A stretch of DNA of 43,470 nucleotides from Spirochaetia bacterium (GTDB lineage Bacteria; Spirochaetota; Spirochaetia; CADAEX01): positions 1 through 43,470 of the forward strand of contig JAZURI010000004.1 of NCBI GenBank assembly GCA_045606105.1, written 5' to 3'. The position numbers were made by a program, and so were the translations under genes. Below, in pieces: positions 20,133-28,539 of the stretch. Below the pieces are notes generated by a model. It did no database searches. It saw only the letters and a list, made by a program, of their open reading frames with translations, and was not told the origin of the DNA. Positions within the stretch are counted from its first letter, which is position 1. Each line of letters begins with the position of its first letter.

Positions 20133-20363
20133 ATGAGCAGTACTGTAGCAATCAGGCTTTCTGATACTCTTATACAGACAGCCACAAATTATGCAAATAT
20201 CAATTTTCGTACGGTTCCAAAACAGATAGAATACTGGGCTGTCTTGGGACGTTGCGCAGAAGATAATCCAGATCTTCCGCTCGGTTTTATAAAAGAATGC
20301 CTTCTGGCAAAAGAAGAAATCAGGCAAGGAAAAACCACAGAGTTTACTTTCAAGGAGAGTTGA
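20133..20363 (+). CDS. ParD-like antitoxin
   Basis: RHH-like start (VAIRLSDTL), RTVPKQIEYWA and EDNPDLP motifs. TGATG coupling to the toxin. Confidence 0.85.
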   Translation: MSSTVAIRLSDTLIQTATNYANINFRTVPKQIEYWAVLGRCAEDNPDLPLGFIKECLLAKEEIRQGKTTEFTFKES

Positions 20364-20635
20364 TGCAAATACGCCAGACCAATCAATTTGAAAAGGCATA
20401 TAGAAAACTCCATAAAAACCAGCTTAAAGATGCTAATAAAGCTATTAGTGAAATAATTGACAACCCCCTGATTGGCATTCAGAAAAAAGGTGACCTTTCT
20501 GATGTTCGAGTCCATAAATTCAAGATGGTTAACCAACTGACCCTTATTGCCTATATATATGAAGATGCTGAAATCATACTTACATTCCTTGCAATAGGCT
20601 CACACGAAAATTTTTATAAAGATATAAAATTATAG
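20363..20635 (+). CDS. RelE/ParE family toxin
   Basis: [33 protein letters not shown] and IGSHENFY motifs. Confidence 0.88.
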   Translation: MQIRQTNQFEKAYRKLHKNQLKDANKAISEIIDNPLIGIQKKGDLSDVRVHKFKMVNQLTLIAYIYEDAEIILTFLAIGSHENFYKDIKL

Positions 20636-20663
20636 GCTATTGCTGATGAACAATACTATGACT

Positions 20664-20897
20664 GTACAGGATTTCTATCCGACACCCGGCACGGTATCCA
20701 CCTGCATGTATTACACAGGAATCAATCCGCTTACCATGGAAAAGGTCCATGTACCGAAAACTGAGGAAGAGAAAGGAATGCAGAGAGCCCTGCTCCATTT
20801 CCATAAGCCTGAAAACCGGGAAAAGGTCCGCAAGGCCCTGCTGGCAGCCGGAAGAAAGGATCTTATAGGAAAATCACCCAAGGCATTGATAAGGTAA
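20664..20897 (+). pseudogene. Orphan duplicate of the ygiQ 3' end (77 codons + stop)
   Basis: Hand alignment to 19317-19550: ungapped, about 38/234 nt mismatches, 7/77 aa differences. Confidence 0.92.
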
Positions 20898-20901
20898 AAA
20901 T

Positions 20902-21189
20902 ATGAACGCAAGAGAAACGCTGGCCATACTGTATCAGATGGCAAAAGAGGATAAGAATCTCAGGGAAAAGCTGCTGGAAACCGAAAAAAGTAAAAATTCG
21001 GCAGTAGATTTCTGCAGGATAAGCACTGAATACGGTTACCCTATGTCGGCCATGGATCTGGTAATGGAGGGAGAGGAAGCCTATGCCGAAATGTGCCGCA
21101 GCACCAACGGCGGCGGAGAGAACCACCCTCGCATACAGAATGCCGACGACCTGTACGAAATGTTCCTGGACTCCCTGAAAAAGCTCTGA
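20902..21189 (+). CDS. Hypothetical protein with Nif11-like N-terminal region and an RSTNGGGEN motif
   Basis: 95-aa ORF with host-like codon usage, starting 4 nt after the ygiQ duplicate stop. Confidence 0.7.
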   Translation: MNARETLAILYQMAKEDKNLREKLLETEKSKNSAVDFCRISTEYGYPMSAMDLVMEGEEAYAEMCRSTNGGGENHPRIQNADDLYEMFLDSLKKL

Positions 21190-21281
21190 TTCTCCTGTTC
21201 CGCCGGACAACAAATCACCTGATCTGCAAAAATACCAACCACAACAAACAAAAACAAGATGAGAGGAAAAAGCTTTTTCAT
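21081..21281 (-). pseudogene. Probable truncated secreted-protein gene
   Basis: Signal peptide MKKLFPLILFLFVVVGIFA directly after the upstream stop; the frame then runs antisense into the 20902-21189 gene. Confidence 0.4.
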
Positions 21282-21288
21282 ATCAATT

Positions 21289-21780
21289 CTAATTCAAGAA
21301 ATCATCTATTCCAGTGAAAGAGGTCGCATTATCAGCTTTTTTAATTAATTTAGTTACTGCATAAAAATCACCTTTCGGAGTCTTGCAATAATAATCATCG
21401 CTCCATGTTCCTATTTCATAAACTATATAATTCCCATCAATACATTTTGTCAGATTTTTCCCACTATTAATTTTTTTTGCTATACTATCCTTATTAACCT
21501 TTCCTGTTTCCTGAAAAAGGTATATTGAGCCATCATAAGTACCGTTTATCCCAATATGAGCTTTATAAATATAGAGTGTCCAATTTGCATCTTTAGCAAG
21601 GATATATAAATAACTATCATTAATCCCCCTTGCTAACTCATCAAACTTTTTTGAGGCCAAATCTCTTTCTACCGCTTTTGTTCCTGGTCCATCTTTACTA
21701 ACTTCATAGGTACCTTCTGCAAATGCGAATCCAATTGTTATAAGGAATAGAATTAAAACAAGCAGAACATTTCTTTTCAT
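21289..21780 (-). CDS. Hypothetical secreted protein
   Basis: Signal peptide MKRNVLLVLILFLITIGFAFA, GGAG RBS, ATGA overlap with the upstream ORF. AT-rich. Confidence 0.75.
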   Translation of the reverse strand: MKRNVLLVLILFLITIGFAFAEGTYEVSKDGPGTKAVERDLASKKFDELARGINDSYLYILAKDANWTLYIYKAHIGINGTYDGSIYLFQETGKVNKDSIAKKINSGKNLTKCIDGNYIVYEIGTWSDDYYCKTPKGDFYAVTKLIKKADNATSFTGIDDFLN

Positions 21781-22046
21781 TTTTTTCTCCAGCAAGAGCA
21801 GCAGTTATAATTATCAAGAATGTTTTTTGAGATGGAATCCCCCACTCTGTCATATCCCATTCCTTTAATTATGTTTGCTATAGTTCCATCATATTGATTG
21901 ATCTCTTGCTTAGAGATATTCCCTAAATATGTCTGATTTTTCTCGTTAAATAACCGCTCAATCACATAATGGGCATCAAAAATTGTACCAGGTTTAATTT
22001 CATCAATAATTTCACCTATGGCCTTTTTTAAAGCTGAACTATCCAT
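21777..22046 (-). CDS. Hypothetical protein
   Basis: 89 aa with AGGTGG RBS; part of a compact minus-strand operon. Confidence 0.7.
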   Translation of the reverse strand: MDSSALKKAIGEIIDEIKPGTIFDAHYVIERLFNEKNQTYLGNISKQEINQYDGTIANIIKGMGYDRVGDSISKNILDNYNCCSCWRKK

Positions 22047-22072
22047 ATAGCCACCTATAAATATATATATTT

Positions 22073-22291
22073 TTATATAGCAATAATTTTTAGAACAAAA
22101 AATACACAGATAAGAAAGAATATATACTTAACCCTCCGGTTTCGTCTTATTCGTTCTTTTTCTCTCTCATAATACTCTGGATGATTACTATACCAATCTT
22201 CTGCACAGCCTCCACTGCAGAATTCTCCATATAAACCATAGCCATCTTTCACAGGATAACGGTTTCCACATCTTAGACAATTTCTCCACAT
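22073..22291 (-). CDS. Small Zn-finger (CxxC...CxxxC) protein with C-terminal TM helix
   Basis: CLRC...FCSGGC, basic stretch, hydrophobic tail; GGGGAG RBS 9 nt from ATG 22291. Confidence 0.7.
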   Translation of the reverse strand: MWRNCLRCGNRYPVKDGYGLYGEFCSGGCAEDWYSNHPEYYEREKERIRRNRRVKYIFFLICVFFVLKIIAI

Positions 22292-22336
22292 CTCCAACTA
22301 CTCCCCTATTCACCATGTATGAAAAATTTCCTTATT

Positions 22337-22408
22337 AGTATAGAGTATTTATATATCGGTTGTCAATTCTTATTATCTTTTTGATAATGTAATATCATTT
22401 TGCATAAT
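22337..22408. promoter_or_regulatory. Divergent promoters with candidate XRE operator
   Basis: Minus strand: TTGACA(22361-66)-18-TATACT. Plus strand: TTGATA(22381-86)-16-CATAAT. Palindrome ATTATC-N5-GATAAT at 22372-22388. Confidence 0.5.
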
Positions 22409-22427
22409 GTACTCTGTAAATGTAAAA

Positions 22428-22712
22428 ATGATTGCGGATAAGATTAAAGATTTAAGAGAAACACATCATATGACTCAAAATGCGCTGGCAAAAAAGCTGA
22501 ACATAACCAGAGCCAGTGTTAATGCCTGGGAACAGGGAATTTCTGTACCAAGCACTCAATATCTTATCGAGCTTGCATCAATATTTAAGGTATCCACCGA
22601 CTATCTGCTCTCTGTCAAATCAAACCAGACCATAGATGTCTCTGGCCTCCAATCCAGACAAGTTGCCCTAATTACTGAATTAGTCAGCGAACTGAAAAAA
22701 GAAAAAAACTAA
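22428..22712 (+). CDS. XRE-family HTH transcriptional regulator
   Basis: IKDLRE..MTQNALAKKLNITRASVNAWEQG..P...LASIFKVSTDYLL; alternative start at 22407. Confidence 0.92.
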   Translation: MIADKIKDLRETHHMTQNALAKKLNITRASVNAWEQGISVPSTQYLIELASIFKVSTDYLLSVKSNQTIDVSGLQSRQVALITELVSELKKEKN

Positions 22713-22803
22713 TCACTCTAAAGAACTCAAACTTTTTTCTCAAAAATTGAAGCAGAATGAACTTTTTTTGTGTAAATAAGTAGACGATAGACAAAAAGGG
22801 GGG

Positions 22804-22831
22804 TTGACAATACGTATTACACGTATAGAAT
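22804..22831 (+). promoter_or_regulatory. hicAB promoter with perfect operator palindrome
   Basis: TTGACA(22804-09)-16-TAGAAT(22826-31); ATACGT-N5-ACGTAT at 22810-22826; no SD before hicA. Confidence 0.7.
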
Positions 22832-22834
22832 TAT

Positions 22835-23023
22835 ATGAAAGATAAAGATCTGCTTAAACTATTGCTCTACAATGGATGGAGGGTGAAAAGAATCTCTGGC
22901 AGCCATTATATTCTTTCAAAAGATGGCTTGATTGAAACCGTTCCCGTGCATGGAAAAGATGTTGCGCCAGGACTTCTGAATGCAATTCTTAAGCATACGG
23001 GATTAAAGAAGGAGAATTTATGA
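22835..23023 (+). CDS. hicA: HicA toxin
   Basis: GWRVKRISGSH and VPVHGKD motifs; 62 aa. Confidence 0.93.
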   Translation: MKDKDLLKLLLYNGWRVKRISGSHYILSKDGLIETVPVHGKDVAPGLLNAILKHTGLKKENL

Positions 23024-23403
23024 ACATTATTTATCCAGCAATTTTTCATAAAGAAGACGGGGAGTATTGGTGTGAGTTTCCAGATCTTCCTGGATGCTTC
23101 TCTCAAGATTCAACACTTATAGATGCTTTCAACAGCGCATCAGAGGCGCTGGAAGGCTATGTTCTTACCCTGCTGGAAGAGGGGAAAACATTACCCCAAA
23201 GCAGCAATTTGGAAGATATTAAAACTGATAAAAAATCTTTTGTGAATCTTATTTCAGCCCATGTATCCGATACTGGCAGAAAAATAAAGAAGACTCTGAC
23301 AATTCCTTTTTGGCTGGATAAGCGGGCACAGAAACTGAATATAAACTTCAGCAAAGTTCTGCAGGATGCCCTTCTCCAAGAAGTTTTAGGAACAAAAGCC
23401 TAA
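23020..23403 (+). CDS. hicB: HicB antitoxin
   Basis: YPAIF, FPDLPGCFSQ, KKTLTIP and INFSKVLQDAL motifs; ATGA overlap with hicA. Confidence 0.93.
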   Translation: MNIIYPAIFHKEDGEYWCEFPDLPGCFSQDSTLIDAFNSASEALEGYVLTLLEEGKTLPQSSNLEDIKTDKKSFVNLISAHVSDTGRKIKKTLTIPFWLDKRAQKLNINFSKVLQDALLQEVLGTKA

Positions 23404-23452
23404 GAAGCCGCCTATGAAAAAAACTTGAGCCCACCTAAAGGGCCCCTTGAGA

Positions 23453-23793
23453 TATTGGGCACCTCAGCAGAAGCCATCCCTGGCAGTGTTACAGCCACCG
23501 GCTGTAACACTGAGCAGGGTGGCTTACTGATGGGATGAATGCTTTACTGCAGGCGGTGCTTCGGGCAAGCCGCTGAAGTTTCCGGTCGCACAGAGGATGG
23601 CTGAACATATCAGCCGACTATCCCAATACAAAGATAAAAAGCCATCAGGTTGAGCCACGAAAGCGTCCGATACCTGATGGCCTTCTACAAATTCCTTCTA
23701 CGGTCGCCGGGGGCCGAACCCCGGTCGTATAGAGGAAGATGGGAGTTCAAGAGGGAAGAAACCACCTGCCGAAAAGGGGGTGTCGTCCCTCTT
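23453..23793. repeat. Cluster of inverted repeats (REP/MITE-like element or structured RNA)
   Basis: Perfect 13-bp stem 23484-23512, extended to 23464-23530. Further stems at 23599-23615, 23641-23681, 23692-23737 and 23749-23793. TATTGGG/CCCAATA closes 23453-23628. Confidence 0.6.
23636..23681 (-). terminator. Candidate terminator of the arg operon
   Basis: GCCATCAGGT/ACCTGATGGC 10-bp stem followed by a U-tract on the minus strand; the loop is unusually large (21 nt). Confidence 0.5.
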
Positions 23794-23798
23794 ATCTA

Positions 23799-25061
23799 TT
23801 ATTCAGTAGGCCTCTTCTTGAAGCTCTTGCTTTCAAGAATTGCCTGTCCCTCTCCGGTCTGCTGCTCCATGAGAGCCCTTACCTTGATAGGAAGACCGAA
23901 CAGAGTGATAAATCCGTTGGCATCCCTGTGGTTATAGAGCTCACCTGTTGTGAAGGAAGCAAGGTTCTCGTTGTAGAGGCTGTATTTTGAATTGGAGCCG
24001 GCACCGATGATTGAGCCCTTGTAAAGCTTTACCCTTGCCCAGCCGGTAACCTTTTCTTCAGCCTTGTCAACAAACGCCATGCAGGATTCCATGAGGGTTG
24101 TGAACCACTTTCCGTCGTAGATAAGCTCGGAAATCCTGATTGCCATTTCCTGCTTGTAGTGATATGTGTCCCTGTCAAGACAGAGATGATCCATCATTCT
24201 GTGAGCATAGTAGAGAATAGCTCCGCCCGGAGTTTCGTATACACCGCGGCTCTTCATTCCGACACATCTGTTCTCACAGATATCCACAAGACCCACACCG
24301 TTTCTTCCGCCGATCTCGTTCAGCTTGGAGAGAAGCGCAAGGGCATCCATCTTTTCACCGTTGAGTCCCACCGGAATACCTTTTTCAAATTCGATAGTCA
24401 CATATTCAGGCTTATCAGGTGCCTCTTCCGGAATTGTTGTATGCTGGAGCATATGCTTGTAGTTAGGTTCGTTTTCAGGATCCTCAAGCTCAAGCCCTTC
24501 GTGGGAAAGATGCCAGATGTTCTCGTCGCGGCTGTAGGACTGGCTCTTTTTCATAGGAACCTCAAGACCTCTGTCCTCAAGGAACTTGATCTCTGCCTCG
24601 CGGCTGTCCATATTCCACTTGTCATCACGCCATGCTGCTATTACCTTGAGGTCCGGAGCAAATGCCTTGATAGCAAGCTCAAAACGGATCTGGTCATTTC
24701 CCTTTCCTGTTGCACCGTGACAGATTGCCACAGCTCCCTCCTGGCGTGCATATTCAACCAGAATCTTTCCGATAAGCGGGCGGGCTGTTGAGGTTCCGAG
24801 AAGATATTCATCCTCGTAAACTGTGTTTGCCTTCAATGCAGGCCAGATATACTCTTCAATGTATTCCCTGCGTGCATCAACAACATAGCATGCGGAAGCT
24901 CCTGTCTTCACGGCTCTAGTCTTGATTGCTTCCCAGTCGTCGCCCTGACCTACGTCAACACAGACTGCAATAACCTCGTATGAATAATTTTCCTTGAGCC
25001 AAGGAATGATTACTGTTGTATCTAAACCGCCTGAGTAGGCAAGTATGATTTTATCTGCCAT
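23799..25061 (-). CDS. argG: Argininosuccinate synthase
   Basis: LAYSGGLDT, HGATGKGNDQIRFE and MKSRGVYETPGG motifs. Confidence 0.98.
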   Translation of the reverse strand: MADKIILAYSGGLDTTVIIPWLKENYSYEVIAVCVDVGQGDDWEAIKTRAVKTGASACYVVDARREYIEEYIWPALKANTVYEDEYLLGTSTARPLIGKILVEYARQEGAVAICHGATGKGNDQIRFELAIKAFAPDLKVIAAWRDDKWNMDSREAEIKFLEDRGLEVPMKKSQSYSRDENIWHLSHEGLELEDPENEPNYKHMLQHTTIPEEAPDKPEYVTIEFEKGIPVGLNGEKMDALALLSKLNEIGGRNGVGLVDICENRCVGMKSRGVYETPGGAILYYAHRMMDHLCLDRDTYHYKQEMAIRISELIYDGKWFTTLMESCMAFVDKAEEKVTGWARVKLYKGSIIGAGSNSKYSLYNENLASFTTGELYNHRDANGFITLFGLPIKVRALMEQQTGEGQAILESKSFKKRPTE

Positions 25062-26265
25062 ATACTTCTCCTATGAGTTTTGTAATTATTTCAAAGCCTT
25101 CATCCAGCTCTTTTTCAGAAATAATGAGAGGCGGTGCCATTCTGATCACATTTGTTCCGGCGTGAAGCAGAAGAAGTCCGTTGTTCTCACATTTTTTAAT
25201 GAGATCCTTTGAAAAATCTCCCTTGTATCCTTCAGGATTGTTAAGCTCGAAGCCTCTGAGCATTCCCTCGCCCCTGAGTTCTCCGATACAGTCGAACTGA
25301 GCTTTGAGAGCCTCCAGCTTTGATGCAAAATAAGCACCCTTTACCATTACTTCCATGATGAAAGGGGGATAAAGAAGGTGTTCCAGAACCTGGTTTGCAA
25401 CTGCACATGCCACCGGATTTCCTCCGAAAGTGGAACCGTGGTCACCAGGCTTGATAAGCTCGTTCACCTTTTCAGGGATAAGTGTTGCGGAAAGAGGAAG
25501 ACCTCCTGCAAGAGGCTTGGCCAGGGTTATGATGTCCGGATGAAGATCGACCAGCGCACATGCAAACGGATAACCGGTTCTTGTAAGACCTGTCTGAACC
25601 TCGTCTGCAATAAGGATAACATCGTTGGCAGCACATACCTCGTTGAGAGCAGCCGCAAATTCAGGTGTCATGCTCCTGAGTCCGCTTTCTCCCTGGATTA
25701 CCTCCACTATAACTGCGGCATAGGTGCTGTCTACTGTTTTTTTCAGTGCTTCCACATCGTTGTAAGGAAGAAATTCAACACCCGGCATTACCGGTGCCAC
25801 ATCTTCCCTGTAGTGCTTGTTGTATGTACATGCAAGAGCTCCCATGGTTCTTCCGTGGAAAGAGCCCTCGAATGCGATGATCTTGCTGTTGCCTGCTCCC
25901 TTTTTTCTCAGGGAATAAAGACGTGCATACTTGATTGCAGCTTCGTTGGCCTCTGTTCCGCTGTTTCCCAGGTGAACTGCCGCAAAGTTGCCGAAATTGA
26001 TAAGCTTGTCTGCCAGAAGAACAGTTTCGTCAGATGTATAAAGATTCGATGTATGGTTGATCTTCATCATCTGGTCGTATGCTGCCTTGGCCAGATCTTC
26101 CCTGCCGTGTCCCAGGGAGTTTACTGCGATTCCCGAACCGAAATCCAGATATTTCTTTCCGGTTGGGTCGTAGATATAGCATCCCTCTCCATGGTCGCAG
26201 ATAAGAAATTCCGATCCGTAGTTTTTAGGAAACGGTGATTTATAAAGTTTACTCTGAGGTATCAT
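25051..26265 (-). CDS. argD: Acetylornithine aminotransferase
   Basis: NSGTEANEAAIK, SFHGRT, DEVQTG, TLAKPLAGG and HGSTFGGNP motifs. Confidence 0.93.
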   Translation of the reverse strand: MIPQSKLYKSPFPKNYGSEFLICDHGEGCYIYDPTGKKYLDFGSGIAVNSLGHGREDLAKAAYDQMMKINHTSNLYTSDETVLLADKLINFGNFAAVHLGNSGTEANEAAIKYARLYSLRKKGAGNSKIIAFEGSFHGRTMGALACTYNKHYREDVAPVMPGVEFLPYNDVEALKKTVDSTYAAVIVEVIQGESGLRSMTPEFAAALNEVCAANDVILIADEVQTGLTRTGYPFACALVDLHPDIITLAKPLAGGLPLSATLIPEKVNELIKPGDHGSTFGGNPVACAVANQVLEHLLYPPFIMEVMVKGAYFASKLEALKAQFDCIGELRGEGMLRGFELNNPEGYKGDFSKDLIKKCENNGLLLLHAGTNVIRMAPPLIISEKELDEGFEIITKLIGEVYGR

Positions 26266-26274
26266 TTTATCTCC

Positions 26275-27039
26275 TTAAAGAACAATGCTTGTTCCGATTT
26301 CTCTTTTAATGGTCTTGTCCAGATCGCCGGCATTCCTGTATTCTCCGATACAGATTTCCCGTACACCCTCTTCAATGGCCTTTACAGAAGACCTTACCTT
26401 TGGAATCATTCCTCCGGAAATGACGCCTGCTTCAATCTCCGCCTCAGACTGCTCCTTGGTAAGGAGGCTGATTACACTGCCATCCTTGAGAACGCCCGGA
26501 ATATCGGAAATGAAGAACAGCTTGGCTGCCTTAAGGGCAGAAGAAACTGCCAGCGCCGCTTCGTCGGCATTTATGTTCAGAGCCTTTCCTCCGGCCTCCA
26601 TGGAAACGGATGAAACCACCGGCAGATAACCGTTTTCCAGAAGCTGCACCAGAAGCACCGGCTTTACATCGGTTACCTTTCCTGTATGGGATACGTCACT
26701 CAGGGCCTTGCCGAGAAAAATGCTTCCGTCGCAGCCGCAAAGTCCCACGGCATCAAGTCCGCAGCTGTTTCCCAGCCTTACCAGCTCCTTGTTCATCTTG
26801 CCGGCAAGTACCATATCGGCAATTTCCATTTCAGGCGGTGTGGTAAGCCTTACTCCGTCCTTGAATACAGGCTCCAGGTTGAAAACCTTGCTGACCCTGG
26901 AAAGCTCGGCACCGCCTCCGTGTACCAGTACAAAGTTAAAGGTTCCTGAAAGAGCTTTCATTTCCCTGAAAAGCTCGGTCATGGCATTCACGTCGGAGGC
27001 TGCCTTGCCCCCGGTCTTGATTACGACAATATCCTTCAT
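26275..27039 (-). CDS. argB: Acetylglutamate kinase
   Basis: VIKTGG, VHGGG, NINAD and GGMIPKV motifs. Confidence 0.95.
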   Translation of the reverse strand: MKDIVVIKTGGKAASDVNAMTELFREMKALSGTFNFVLVHGGGAELSRVSKVFNLEPVFKDGVRLTTPPEMEIADMVLAGKMNKELVRLGNSCGLDAVGLCGCDGSIFLGKALSDVSHTGKVTDVKPVLLVQLLENGYLPVVSSVSMEAGGKALNINADEAALAVSSALKAAKLFFISDIPGVLKDGSVISLLTKEQSEAEIEAGVISGGMIPKVRSSVKAIEEGVREICIGEYRNAGDLDKTIKREIGTSIVL

Positions 27040-28076
27040 CACAGCTCTCCGTAAAGGCTGAGGCCTGCTGTTTCCTTAAGCCCGAAACGGATGTTCATAT
27101 TTTGAACAGCCTGTCCGGATGCACCCTTTACCAGATTGTCGATAACAGAGAATAGCAGAATTGTGTTTCCCTGTACCTGGTAGCTGATATCACACCTGTT
27201 GGAGCCCCATACATGGGCGCTTTCAGGAAGATGTCCCGGTGTTACATTGATAAAAGGCTTGTCGCCGTAGAATTCCCCGTAGATTTTTCCCACTTCCTCG
27301 TCAGTTACAGGTTTTGCCAGGTCCACAACGGTGGTTACCTCCATTCCCCTTTTCAAAGGAACCAGGTGAGGAGTGAAGAACAGATCCAGGGAACTGTCAA
27401 AATTGCAGATCTGATCCATGATTTCTGTATAGTGGCGATGGGTCTTGCCCGGCAGATATGCACAGGTGTTTTCTGTTCTTTCGCAGAAAAGGCTCTGGAG
27501 CTTTGCCTTGCGGCCCGATCCTGAAATACCGGAAAGGGCGTTTGCCACAATCTTTCCCTTGAGCAGCCCCTTGGCCGCAAGAGGGAGAAGAGGAAGCAGG
27601 GTACATGTAGGATAACAGCCCGGATTGGCGATTATGTCTGCCTTCTTTATTGCCTCGCCGTTGATTTCGCAGAGACCGTAGGCTGAACCCGGAAGAAGAT
27701 CCGGGCGAGGAGGCTCCTGACCGTAAGCCTGCATGAAAAGTGCATGGTTCTTGATTCTGAAGTCTGCCGAAAGGTCGATTACCACGCTTTTTCCGAAAAA
27801 CGGTTCGCAGATCTTTGCAGATTCAAGATGAGGAAGTCCCGCAAATACCACGTCGGGATTCATTGCTGCCGCTTCCTCAAGGGTAACCAGATTTCCCTTG
27901 CAGAGATTCAGTTTTCCTTCTATAGATTTTCCGATACCGAAATCCACGGATGCTGCCGGATTCCCGAACCTGGTTGAGGAAACCGGAATAATTTCATCCA
28001 CATCGGGATGATCCGCCAGAAGGCGGAGAAGAAGCATACCTGTGTAGCCGGTTGTACCGAGAATAACTGCTTTCAT
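27039..28076 (-). CDS. argC: N-acetyl-gamma-glutamyl-phosphate reductase
   Basis: GTTGYTG, DLSADFR, ANPGCYPT and DNLVKGASGQA motifs. Confidence 0.97.
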   Translation of the reverse strand: MKAVILGTTGYTGMLLLRLLADHPDVDEIIPVSSTRFGNPAASVDFGIGKSIEGKLNLCKGNLVTLEEAAAMNPDVVFAGLPHLESAKICEPFFGKSVVIDLSADFRIKNHALFMQAYGQEPPRPDLLPGSAYGLCEINGEAIKKADIIANPGCYPTCTLLPLLPLAAKGLLKGKIVANALSGISGSGRKAKLQSLFCERTENTCAYLPGKTHRHYTEIMDQICNFDSSLDLFFTPHLVPLKRGMEVTTVVDLAKPVTDEEVGKIYGEFYGDKPFINVTPGHLPESAHVWGSNRCDISYQVQGNTILLFSVIDNLVKGASGQAVQNMNIRFGLKETAGLSLYGEL

Positions 28077-28078
28077 GT

Positions 28079-28534
28079 TTACTCCTGTAATATATGTAAT
28101 GAAGGAAGCATTCTGTCCAGAACACGGATAAATTCCGAGCCGGAAACCCCCTCCTTAAGTACCAGTATAATGGTATCGTCACCGGCCACGGTTCCCAGAA
28201 CCTCGTCGAAGCCGATGCTGTCAAAGGCTGCAGCCACTGTATTTGCGTACCCGGGCAGAGTCTTTATTACTCCCATATTAAGGGAAAATTCAATTGAGAT
28301 AAAGCCCCTTTCAATATCGCCGGCAAAAAGTTTTTCCTCGTTGAAGGAATAACGGTAACCTCCGTCCGGCTTATGGGTTTTTCCCACCTTGAGCGCCTTG
28401 AGATCCCTGGAAAGAGTGGCCTGGGTAACTTCCACCCCTCTTTTCTCCAGCATATCCTGAAGCTGCTCCTGACTTTCTATTTCACTGTTCAGAATCAGGG
28501 TCCTGATCAGATTGAGTCTTTTCTGTCTTTCCAT
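28079..28534 (-). CDS. argR: Arginine repressor
   Basis: VTQATLSRDL and GTVAGDDT motifs. Confidence 0.96.
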   Translation of the reverse strand: MERQKRLNLIRTLILNSEIESQEQLQDMLEKRGVEVTQATLSRDLKALKVGKTHKPDGGYRYSFNEEKLFAGDIERGFISIEFSLNMGVIKTLPGYANTVAAAFDSIGFDEVLGTVAGDDTIILVLKEGVSGSEFIRVLDRMLPSLHILQE

Positions 28535-28539
28535 AGCAC

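Larger units (their letters stand above)
19317..20663 (+). mobile_element. Integrated 1347-bp cassette (replacement ygiQ 3' end + ogt + TA), no integrase
   Basis: Bounded by the start of two homologous 234-bp ygiQ 3' ends (19317-19550 and 20664-20897), both beginning GTACAGGATTT. Confidence 0.65.

Noticed and set aside
19317-20897. ygiQ duplicate as a DGR template/variable repeat pair
   Set aside because: Mismatches are not adenine-specific but mostly synonymous wobble changes of all types, and there is no reverse transcriptase in the window.
20640-20897. 85-aa ORF as an independent gene
   Set aside because: It is the ygiQ C-terminus preceded by a few unrelated codons, with no convincing RBS.
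412-22028. Shared peptide KKAIGEII in ORF 1-594 and ORF 21777-22046
   Set aside because: Different codons and unrelated flanks; most likely coincidence.
22726-23429. Terminal inverted repeats around hicAB (CTCAAACTTTTTTC / GAAAAAAACTTGAG)
   Set aside because: Only 12/14 matches, mostly homopolymer, with no target duplication seen.
23404-23798. CRISPR array, attC array, tmRNA, RNase P, SRP or a known riboswitch
   Set aside because: The hairpins do not share a repeated sequence, there is no repeat-spacer periodicity, and I found none of the diagnostic consensus motifs by eye.
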